Shown here: positions 1-9,099 of the stretch, one piece after another | Layout of the letters: the number at the start of each line of letters is the position of its first letter | Position numbering within the stretch: position 1 is the first letter of the stretch | Origin: Vermamoeba vermiformis | Lineage: Eukaryota | Direction of reading: 5' to 3' | NCBI GenBank assembly: GCA_045837725.1 | Contig: JBEWZL010000137.1 | Location: forward strand, 1-64,000 | Length of the DNA stretch: 64,000 nt | The notes under the pieces: generated by a model | Seen by the model: the letters and a program-made list of their open reading frames with translations, nothing else | Told to the model about the DNA's origin: nothing | Database searches by the model: none | Position numbers and translations under genes: made by a program

Positions 1-2537
1 CTCGAACCAATTCACTGATATGGTCTTGATCAAGTTTTGGACTGTCTCTTCCTGGAGAGGTCTGAGGAAGTTCTGCTGGCTCCTTTTCATCATAGTAAAA
101 GGAACGCCTGGGAACATCCCCCCGCATTCTGGTGAATCAAGCAACTCGGCTCCCCTTGTCATGACCTCATCGAATGCCGATGGGTCTGACGCAACAGGGC
201 CCGAGCCTTCGGTGGCCTTTTTCTTCTTGGCACTAACTGCAACTCCCTTCTTGAGCTTCTGTGCCTCGGCGCTCTCCTTTTGCTTGGTGGCCCAATCTAG
301 CTCTGTGGCCAGCAACTTCAGGTCGTTGCTGACAGGCTCGAGGGCGTTGGGGTCCTTGCGTGGAGTTTTCAAAGGTAGAGGTTCCTACAACAGGGGATTA
401 GTACTTGGAAAATAACAAATAACAAATAACAATAGGGTGACTCATCCTCTTACGGACCATAAGAGGACAGATCTTGACTCAGACAAAGTCCTAGTCACAA
501 CTCATCCTTTTACGGACCGTAAGAGGATGGGTCTTGGGCCAGGGAAAGTCCCAGCCATAACCCATCCTTTTACGGACCGTAAGAGGACAGGTCTTGACTC
601 AGACAAAGTCCCAGTCACAACCCATCCTTTTACGGACCGTAAGAGGACAGGGTTTGAGTAGGGCAAATACCCAGTCATGACCCATCCTTTTACGGACCGT
701 AAGAGGATGGGATCAACACTAATGATTCCTCTTATGGTCCCTTAAAGGACACTCTTTGAATTTATAATAAAAATCATTTAGTTCGTACCTCTTTTTCAAG
801 CTCCATGGGCTCCTCCTCCTCCTCTCCCTCAGGCTGTTCCTCTGCTGACTGATCGTCATCGTCGTCTAACATTGCTGTCAGGTCCACTTCACCTTTGCCT
901 TTCAGCCTGTCTGCGACCTTCTTTTGGGCTTCGGTCAGGCCTGTGGTATGCTTGACTGGGCCCTCGCTCACAGCTGCGTCGTAAGCCTCGCTCATGTTGT
1001 TGATCCTGGCCTGCCACTCCAGCCTGTTGTCCACTCGGCACATTTCCCATTGCTGGATGTGTCGATTTGTCTTGTCGACATTCCACATTGACTTTGCCGT
1101 CAGGCAGTAACCAGCTGGGTTCAAGGGGTCTGTGTAATCTACCATGGCCATCCAATGCGCTCCTGACGACTTGCGGATTGCAACAAACAGCTGCAGGCCA
1201 AGCCCCTTGATCGGATCTCCGCCTCCTTCGGGAAACAGCTCACCCTTGAACAGGATGACCCTCAGCTCAGGGTCTGGCTCCAACCACCAGCTGCCCTCGA
1301 CCTGGGAGGTCTCCCTCTTGAGGTTGCTGTAGCTACTCTTTGCTGTGTTGGCAGCAGTCATGTTTGGGAGCAGCTGGTAGACCAGGGAATTGGGAGACAT
1401 GGGCTCAGGCTGAGGTGGGGCCTGGGGTTGGGCCTGCTTGGCATACTCTGGGGTCAGTATTGCTGCCAGCTGGGTATCAGTGAAGCTGGTGTCGTTGTCC
1501 AAAAACGACTCAGAGGTGGCTGCTTGCTCCTGTTGGTGAGGCTCTTCCCTGGGTGGCGAGCTTGAGGACACTCTTGGCAGGACTGCTGGTGCTGGCTGGA
1601 TTGCACTTTGGTTGGCTGCCACTGGGGTTGGTACCTGAGCCGCTGCGCCCTTTGGATGCCTGGGGAGGGGGTTGGTCCCCTTGGGGTTGGCTTTGGGTGC
1701 TGGGCCCTTTGTCATTGATGTGGTTGCAAAGTCGTCCCACATCTCTGGGGTCATCTCTTCGATGACTGTTGATCTTGGTGGCTTGTAGGGTTGGTTGGGC
1801 TGGCCACTCTTTTTCCCGTTTCTGTAAAAATTGCGTCAGTACTTTGCAAAAAAAACTGTAAAACAAGACCCATCCTCTTACGGACCGTAAAAGGACAGGT
1901 CCCAAGACCCAGGCAGGATCCAAGACCAAGTCAAGACCCAACACCAGGCCAAGACCCATCCTCTTATGGACCGTAAAAGGACAGGACTCAACACTCAGGC
2001 AAGACCCAACACTGAGTCAAGAGCCAAGGCCAAGTCCAGACCCATCCTCTTACGGTCCGTAAAAGGACAGGTCTCCAGACCCAGGCAGGATCCAACACCA
2101 AGTAAAGACCCAACACCAGATCCAGACCCATCCTCTTATGGACCGTAAAAGGATGGGTCCCAAGACCCAGTCAGGATCCAAGACTAAGTCAAGACCCAAC
2201 ACCAGGCCAAGACCCATCCTCTTACGGTCCGTAAAAGGACAGGTCTCCAGACCCAGGCAGGATCCAACACCAAGTCAAGACCCAACACCAGATCCAGACC
2301 CATCCTCTTACGGACCGTAAAAGGACAGGTCCCAAGACCCAGGCAGGATCCAAGACTAAGTCAAGACCCAACACCAGGCCAAGACCCATCCTCTTACGGT
2401 CCGTAAAAGGACAGCCCAGAAAAAGAACAAAAACAAAAAAAAAAATTGACTGCACAACCCATCCTTTTACGGTCCGTAAGAGGATGCATGGCGAAATTTC
2501 ACTTGAAATTTCATCTGCTCGCTACTTACCCTGACAT
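1..2537 (-). CDS. Spliced, element-associated gene, 3' partial (exons 2530-2537, 789-1821, 1-384). Pro/Ala/Gln-rich N-terminus, WWLEPD-containing domain, acidic linker, then a possible ParB/Sulfiredoxin-like N-terminal segment at the window edge
   Basis: ATGTCAGG|GTAAGT donor at 2529; TACTGAC branch and TTTTTACAG acceptor at 1822 (phase 2 matches). GAG|GTACGA donor at 788; TACTAAT branch and TTGTAG acceptor at 385 (phase 0 matches). The 128 codons in 1-384 are open and end ...GVPFTMMKRSQQNFLRPLQEETVQNLIKTISVNWFE. Confidence 0.75.
441..750. repeat. Intronic tandem array with a 60-bp period, each unit holding a 23-31 bp palindrome
   Basis: Palindrome centres at 456, 516, 576, 636 and 696, plus a degenerate copy at 738. 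Typical copy TCCTTTTACGGACCGTAAGAGGA. Confidence 0.95.
1869..2485. repeat. Intronic tandem array with an 86-bp period, same palindrome
   Basis: Centres at 1884, 1970, 2056, 2142, 2228, 2314 and 2400, plus 2473. Typical copy TCCTCTTACGGWCCGTAAAAGGA; spacers are built from CAAGACC-like subrepeats. Confidence 0.95.
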
Positions 2538-2922
2538 GGCTCGCGCGTTCACTTGTGGTGCTCTGCGGTATGTGAAAAGTAAAAATAAAGGATTCAGATT
2601 TGATCCAATGCTTGCTTGGGTTTCCTCCCTGGGAGGATTTTTTCTGGGAGGATATTTCCTTTTTTGGAATTCCAGCAGAATTATTAATTCTGCTTACTTG
2701 CATAATGTCAGCCGCTTCATCCCTATACAGCTTCTTCAGGGACGCACTTTCTGACCAAGGATGTTGCTTCGAGATTTTGTTTCTAAAACTTGTCCTTCTA
2801 CGGTCCGTGCAAGGATCGACTTCATGTTGCAACCAAGATTGAGTCCCGTTGCAACAAAAGCTACTTTACTGGGGTCCTTCTACGGTCCGTAACAGGATGC
2901 TTCTGGTCTCGTTGGCACCCCT

Positions 2923-2933
2923 GGTTCGATTCC
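2923..2933 (+). promoter_or_regulatory. Isolated Pol III B-box-like motif
   Basis: GGTTCGATTCC followed by TGGCGCGGCCA, resembling a tRNA 3' end; no full cloverleaf. Confidence 0.5.
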
Positions 2934-3149
2934 TGGCGCGGCCAACTACTGGTGTGCGGACTTGAGTCACTCAAGACCCATCCCTTTACGGTCCCTTAAT
3001 GGACCAGTTTCATTGTTCCTCGCACCAGCTGGTGCTCAGAACCCATCCTTTTATGGTCCCTCGAAGGATTTGCTTCAACTCGCAAAAAAAGAATTCTGTC
3101 CTTCTACGGTCCGTAAAAGGATGCGTCTGCCTGGTGCCCCTTCTGCGCA

Positions 3150-3160
3150 GGTTCGATCCC
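3150..3160 (+). promoter_or_regulatory. Isolated Pol III B-box-like motif
   Basis: GGTTCGATCCC inside a CAGG-TTCGATC-CCTG T-arm-like hairpin. Confidence 0.5.
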
Positions 3161-3504
3161 TGGAGTCGTCAAGTTCTGCTCTGGGGACACGACTTGCCTC
3201 ACACATGACCTGTCCTTTTATGGTCCGTAAGAGGACTGTAGTTGACTATGCCCTGGGAACCATCCTTTTACGGCCCCTTAAAGGATCACTTTGACTGTCC
3301 TTTGTGCCAACTGGTACTCAGAATCCATCCCTTTACGGTCCCTTAAAGGATTGGCCTAAAATTTTTGAAAAGAATTGCATCCTTTTACGGTCCGTAAGAG
3401 GATCACTCACAGATTTTACCAAAATTTCATTTATTTTCTCATAAAATTGACAACATTTTCTGTTTTTGACATTTTTCTCAACTTAGTGGATCATCAAATC
3501 CTGC

Positions 3505-3543
3505 CCCTAACTCCTAGGAAAATGAAATAAGTGGGTATTAAAT
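3505..3543. repeat. 39-bp direct repeat, copy 1 (putative element terminus)
   Basis: CCCTAACTCCTAGGAAAATGAAATAAGTGGGTATTAAAT; 33/39 identical to 4412-4450. Confidence 0.75.
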
Positions 3544-4014
3544 ATGTTGCGCTCTTGGTCAGGCTCAATGTACCAGGTGCCAGCCTCAGTTCCGGTGCTT
3601 CGCACGTCGTCACTCCACTTGTTCATGCCTGCAGCATTACCAGTAGGGGCGTTGGGTATTTCAGCATCGACCAACGCCCGGGCACTACCTTGGCCTGCAT
3701 TTGCGCCCAGCAGCTTTGCCTCGGCCTCCGCCATCGCTCTCTCAGCCTGAGTGTCAGTGATTCCGTCATCCTCGATGCGGACTTGGTCGTCTCCACTCTC
3801 AGAAGAAGACTCGTCCGCCCCTTCGTCGACGTGGAACTTGTCGGGTGTGGCAAGCTGGGCTTTCGGAGCAACGGGTACTGGGGCTGCCTTTGCACGGCCT
3901 GGGCTAATGGGCTTCGGCAGGCGCAATGTCATATTGCCCTTGGGAGAGGACTTCTTGGGATTTCAGGGCACGTGGCTTACCTTGCCATATTTGGGCTCTG
4001 CAACTTGTTGTGCT
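3544..4014 (-). pseudogene. Truncated paralog of the 1-2537 gene
   Basis: GTWYIEPDQER matches GSWWLEPDPEL and follows a similar Pro/Ala/Lys-rich, acidic leader. Phase-2 acceptor at 4015 and in-frame TGA at 3963-3965. Homology stops at the 39-bp repeat. Confidence 0.6.
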
Positions 4015-4121
4015 CTGTGTTATGAAGTAATTAAAAATGACTAAGATTCGGTTTCTCGATTCTCTCAAAATTGCCTCCCTGCCTCCCTTTTGAAGGAGGC
4101 TTTTTATTTTTCGCCTCGCCT

Positions 4122-4132
4122 GGATTCGAACC
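4122..4132 (-). promoter_or_regulatory. Isolated Pol III B-box-like motif
   Basis: GGTTCGAATCC on the minus strand, upstream of the paralog. Confidence 0.45.
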
Positions 4133-4411
4133 TGCGCCTTCAAAGTTTTACAGGAGTTTGGCACTATTTCCTGATTCAGAGTCTGCCAGGAGCCCAGTTG
4201 CCCTGGTATCCTGATTCGCAACGGATCGGGATCGGGATTTTTCTTCCTGATTGGTGCCCAATCGGGATGTTTTCAAATTTTGACCAAAGCCATTACCTTT
4301 TTTCTGTGTTTTTCATGAAATTTACACGCTTTTTATTTTTACATCGTTATTGCTGGAAAATACAAGTTTTTAAATATTGCCCTTTTTCGACAAAAACACC
4401 TATTCCTATAT

Positions 4412-4450
4412 CCCTAACTCCTAGGAAACAGTAATATGTCAGTATTAAAT
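4412..4450. repeat. 39-bp direct repeat, copy 2 (putative element terminus)
   Basis: CCCTAACTCCTAGGAAACAGTAATATGTCAGTATTAAAT. Confidence 0.75.
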
Positions 4451-5026
4451 TGGTCCGTTGTTCAAAAGGCAACGGGCCAATCGCTCACCACTTTGAGTTA
4501 TCGAGGCGTTTCGTGTACACGAAACAATGTGTTGCACAGTTTTCGGCTGTTCATGCCCAATAATACTATTTTCTGTATCGTAAGAAGTGTGATTTTGGAT
4601 TAAATTTGCAAAGAAGATGCGATCTTAGGGAGTTTAAAAAATTTTACGAATTTATTCCCGATGCGCTATTTTGAAAGAATTTTTTCCCGGGTTCCCGTGC
4701 ATTTAAGCTGCGGGAACACTGCGGCAAACATTTATAAATCACTTACAATTGATTTTCCCGTGATAGTACGAAGATACCGAAGCGGACTTCAATTTTACCA
4801 AAAAAGGCCGTCACCGGGATCTGCTTGACTGTTTAAACATACTGACCGCGCCAGGTGGTTACGTTCATTCGTTACTTAAAAAAATTGTTCTGTGCATACC
4901 AGAAAACCAAACATTCTGTATATGCACAACGGTTAGTTTCGTGTATCTCACACGAGATTTTGTGTAGGCTAAATTTTATTTTCGCTTACACCGTCCACCA
5001 CGCGTTCGTTTTTTTGTTGAGTACGC

Positions 5027-5869
5027 ATGGGTCTCAAGAATTTACGTCGCGGGCGCATCCGTCAGGTATTCAGGCGTAAGATAATTTTGAAATCAAGGCG
5101 TAAGCTCGATCCGAATGTGCAACCACTCTCGGCTGATGACCCTATCCTCAAAGAATTTCAGGTAGTTAACGACGAGTAAGTAGCATTTTTATAGTATTAT
5201 TTTTGGCGTACTTATTTTAATTTAATAAATATTAGCTTTATTTTTTGGGATGCCGAAGGCAACGTGGCCATCCGTTTTTTCAAAAAGAAAATTCCTCTCA
5301 AATATTGCAACAACTTAGTGAAATCTTCTCGAGCCCTCAAACTGGCTGTCGGTCGTCCTGCTTGCCGCAACACCAGAAGCTACCATCTCGGTTATTGGCG
5401 GCGTTACCGTAAACGCCAGTTCCTTTCGCGCGACGGAATGGCCTGCTGCATTAAGCAAGGTGGCAGATTCTTTTACAACGTGCTGAACATGGAGCTGTTC
5501 AGAATAGTGGACAAGCTGTTCAAGCAGACGAGCAAGAAGCTGTACCAAGAATACTGCGACGTGGAGACCCCGGGCCCGCGACTTGTTGGCAAGTCGTTTT
5601 CAATGTGCGTCGTCAACTGGGGAACAACAGGCCCTCATTACGACCACATGGATCGTCCTGATGGCTTGTGTTGCGTTCTACCGTTTGGCAACTTCACAGG
5701 AGGAGATTTGGTCTTCCGTGACGAGAAGATCCGCATCCACTTTGAAAAGGGCGACATCATTTTCTTCCAATCTCAGAAGATGCTGCACGAGAACCTTCCT
5801 GTCATTGAAGGAGATAGGCAATCGATTGTATTTTGTACGGATTGGAACTCCTTTAAAACCGCCAAATAA
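5027..5869 (+). CDS. TET/JBP-like 2-oxoglutarate/Fe(II) dioxygenase (exons 5027-5175, 5236-5869; ~260 aa)
   Basis: HxD motif (HYDHMD), GLCCVLPFGNFTGGDL strand, distal His (LHENLP), 2OG-binding Arg (DRQSIVF) and an upstream YHLGYWRRY. The 60-nt GT-AG intron keeps frame. Confidence 0.8.
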
Positions 5870-6280
5870 ATCGTGCGCACAGAATACTGTGTACACTAAA
5901 TTTCTGGTATACAAAATGTACCGACTCTCTTTTCGTATGCGGTAACCTTTCTATTATTAACTTAGGTGCCCTAACCGTTAATAATTATAATGACAAAATG
6001 GATGCAATAAATGCAATTGATTGGGAGGACACTTTTCAGAGGACTGTATTGATCCGGGTGGTCGAGATTTTACGCGAGATATTTAAATACACAATTTTAT
6101 ATTTTAATCATTTATGTATTGTTTGATATAAAACAGTGACTTATTACAGAATGATTATTATTATTACATTCCCTTCGTCCCAGATCCGCCGGTAATTTCG
6201 GTGTATACATTTTTTCGTATGCACAGATCATAATATACACAAAAAGGAGGCGCGCAATTAGAAGTAATTAAAAAATTGAT

Positions 6281-6580
6281 TTATTCAAATAAAGTGGAGA
6301 ATACAATGACGTTGGAAAAGAGATCGCTATTCCACGGAAGAACATGTGAGACTACTGGGGCGTCTTTGTGTAGCTCGGCTCGGATCCAGACTTTTCCGGC
6401 TTTTGTTATAGCCCATGCCTCGTAGATCACTTGGTCAAGCGCGGTTGCTGGCGCTAGCTGAACCAACGGTCTTGCCTCTTCTACAGAGAGTCGTACGTAC
6501 TTGCGGTTTTCAGCGTCGGTAACGCAAACTCTGATGCAACTGCAGGTAGGGTAATTTACTGGGTTCCAGTCCATGTTCAT
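6281..6580 (-). CDS. Hypothetical protein, 99 aa
   Basis: ATG-initiated, GC-richer ORF in AT-rich flanks; no recognisable motif. Confidence 0.4.
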   Translation of the reverse strand: MNMDWNPVNYPTCSCIRVCVTDAENRKYVRLSVEEARPLVQLAPATALDQVIYEAWAITKAGKVWIRAELHKDAPVVSHVLPWNSDLFSNVIVFSTLFE

Positions 6581-6823
6581 TTGTGGTCGTGTTTTGCTGT
6601 TTGAAGTTAAAAAACTTATTTTTTTTTCCTAGTTGTTTTGTTACCGCGTCGAAGCCTCGACAACCAGAGCTCTTTGGAACAAACAGATTAAATGTCGATG
6701 TACACCACAAAGCTGCCTCGGAAACGGATTATAAGGTACTTAATTCGTAGCTGGCAGGCTGACATACTCACGTCAATAAAATATTTTTCACTTCACCTTT
6801 GTTTCTTGAATAATTTTTTATTA

Positions 6824-7220
6824 TTAATGGATATCAGCCCACTTAACATCGTTAATAGCGCGTAAGACTAAGGAACATCTTACGACTACGAATAATTTTC
6901 TGTAATATTTTGGATCCAGGTTTTTATAGCACTCAAGTGACGCACTACGCGGCGTTAATTCAAGTGTAGCATGTTTCAAAATCAAACCTTGCCTGTTGAC
7001 GCTCAGCTGTTGCGTCACTCCCAAAAGTCCTGCGATGAATTTTTCGGTACGTAAGAACTTACCTTTTCCAAACCTCTGAAGGGTTAGTTTAGGTCGTAAC
7101 ACGCGAGCTACGAGGTTTGCGAGGGTTTGAAAGCAGTGTGCGTCGTGGGTTTGCTAGAGGGTGATGAGCAAACCCTCTGTTACAACAAGGTAAGTAAAAG
7201 GGTCTGGGTTGTAATGTGTA
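6824..7220 (-). pseudogene. Possible degraded ORF
   Basis: The frame extends upstream of the 92-aa ORF through one TAG; no motif recognised. Confidence 0.2.
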
Positions 7221-8189
7221 TGACTAACAGTGTTAGCAGAGCGCGGAATTAATGCATTCATCAATTATTCCTGCCAAGGGCCAGCACAGATGGACGATAC
7301 ATCGTTTTGTATACACAATCAGTGTAATGTATACACAAAAACATTTTGTATACACAATTTACATAAATGACATATTATGTAAAAATAAACGTCCCTGTTG
7401 TACTGTAAACTCTCCTCAGTGTTTCATTGATAATGTTGGACTAATATATGCTTAAAAATTGAAGCAAATATCCTTCCCAAGTCCTAATGACCCAGGCGCC
7501 CTTTTATATACACATTATGGTTTATGTATACACATTCCTATGATCCTTACGAAGACCTGCCAACAACTTGTAGGCTGAAGAACAACACAATACAAGTATA
7601 TTAGTAGGTATTTCCTTCTAATGCTTTCCAAAAAGCAGATATGGAACCATTAGCAATAAAAGTTTAAATTTTGTATATACTTTTTTATTTTGTATACACT
7701 TTCCACGGCAAATGTAAAATCATTTAATGCCAAAAGCCTATAAACCTAAGCCAGCCTACTCCTAAGGCTATATATAATCATCGTTCTTCATGAGAATTAA
7801 CAATGAAATCTCATTAAATAAACATCACTTTAAAATATCAACTTCACTTTCATTCTCCTTTCTATGCGGGGGCTAACACCGCTAATATCATCATATTTTC
7901 GTACGCCTATCATATGACATTAAAAAAACAGCTATAGAAACTTTGTAGCTACTTTTTACAATATTTTATTTTTAACCCTCTCACCCCCAAACCCTAAAGC
8001 TATATTAATTATTGGAGCTATCATTTGATCCTATTGCGAAATTGAATAATCTCGTTACTGTTCAATTTCGCTCTTTTTGCGCCGATTTTTGCCAGATTTT
8101 TTCGGGGCCCCTCTCCGCCTCCAATTTCCAGTCTTTGGGGGCCCCTTCCTTGCTCCCTAACCCAAAGAGAAAAAGTAAAACCATTGTTT

Positions 8190-8768
8190 TCCAGCCAAGA
8201 TATAGCGAAACAAATTATCGAACAGGAAGTGCTACAATACCGGTTTGGTAGCATTGACGTACTTGCACAATTTGCCAACCCATAAACTAATTTTTTTGAT
8301 AGGATATTTGTAAACAATCCAAACTCAACACCCGACTGGTAGTTAACAACTGCGTGCTGATGAACGCATCTAAAAAACAACTGCCAGAGCAAATCAAGTC
8401 CTTAATTATTGACAACTTGGTCGACAAACAGCAGTCTTTATCTTACAAGCAATACAAGTCCATTGTGTTCCAAGGACACCGGTTCACAGTCGGAGACTGC
8501 TTTAGTTCTACCCAAGGTGATGGTGAACTCACTAAGTGAAAAGACATTCGGCCAGATTTTCACCATTATCAATGTAGACTCATATACAGCATTTGTTGCT
8601 CAGCTATTTGACTACGCGCAGCCAATGATCGATGAAAAACAAACTGAATTTTATTCCTTGATCAAAACCGATAGCTACGCTGTTGTAGACGTGCAAACTA
8701 CCAGTAAGGAACAGTTGCTTTACTGTGAAGACTTGAATTCATTTCTTGTAAACTTCTATTTTCACTAA
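8190..8768 (+). pseudogene. C-terminal fragment of a CACTA/EnSpm-type transposase-like gene with frameshifts
   Basis: SQDIAKQIIEQE, SIVFQGHRFTVGD and FGQIFTII segments lie in different frames, immediately upstream of a CACTA terminus. Confidence 0.5.
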
Positions 8769-8954
8769 ATAAATACTGCATGTTCGCGATCAATACATCA
8801 CCAACTTCAAACTTAATCGTATTGTTTTATCTGACCCAGACGCAAACTTTGGTACCTTAGTACATTATTGTTGAAACATAAACCACTCAGAAAAGGATGG
8901 ATTACACTAGTAATACTACTTTACATTGTAGGTGAATAGAACTGCGTGATGTCC

Positions 8955-9049
8955 ATCTCAGTGGGATACCAAATCACTAGTGATCTCATACTGAGATCAC
9001 TGCGCTACCCAAATCACTCTGAGATCGGGACTTTGTACTTTTCGTAGTG
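8955..9049 (+). mobile_element. 3' end of a CACTA-superfamily DNA transposon (TIR plus subterminal repeats)
   Basis: Reverse complement of 9035-9049 is CACTACGAAAAGTAC. Subterminal CCAAATCACT occurs twice, plus the inverted repeat AGTGATCTCA-tac-TGAGATCACT. Confidence 0.75.
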
Positions 9050-9099
9050 TCTCTTGTGTTGCTCTCTGAACTCATAGCTGTGTAGATTGCAGGTAGATT

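Larger units (their letters stand above)
2793..3402. repeat. Dispersed cluster of 9 more palindromes upstream of the gene, with a higher-order duplication
   Basis: Centres at 2804, 2886, 2992, 3057, 3110, 3224, 3274, 3339 and 3391. Block ~2980-3120 is repeated at ~3262-3402 with matching 65 and 52-53 bp spacings. Confidence 0.9.

Noticed and set aside
441-710. CRISPR array (palindromic repeat of ~28 bp with ~32-bp spacers)
   Set aside because: The spacers are variants of each other (first and third nearly identical), the array sits in a spliceosomal intron, and no cas gene is visible.
437-2455. Short repetitive ORFs over the arrays (THPFTDRKR, PILLRSVKG)
   Set aside because: They are translation artefacts of the tandem repeats; the splice model places them in introns.
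2895-2944. tRNA gene
   Set aside because: The A-box-like and B-box motifs are only ~7 nt apart, there is no anticodon arm, and the acceptor stem does not pair. The motifs at 3150 and 4122 also lack a cloverleaf.
7972-7990. piggyBac-like end TTAACCCTCTCACCCC
   Set aside because: No matching opposite terminus or piggyBac transposase was seen in the window.
3505-8160. Telomeric CCCTAA repeats
   Set aside because: Only isolated single hexamers occur, never tandem.
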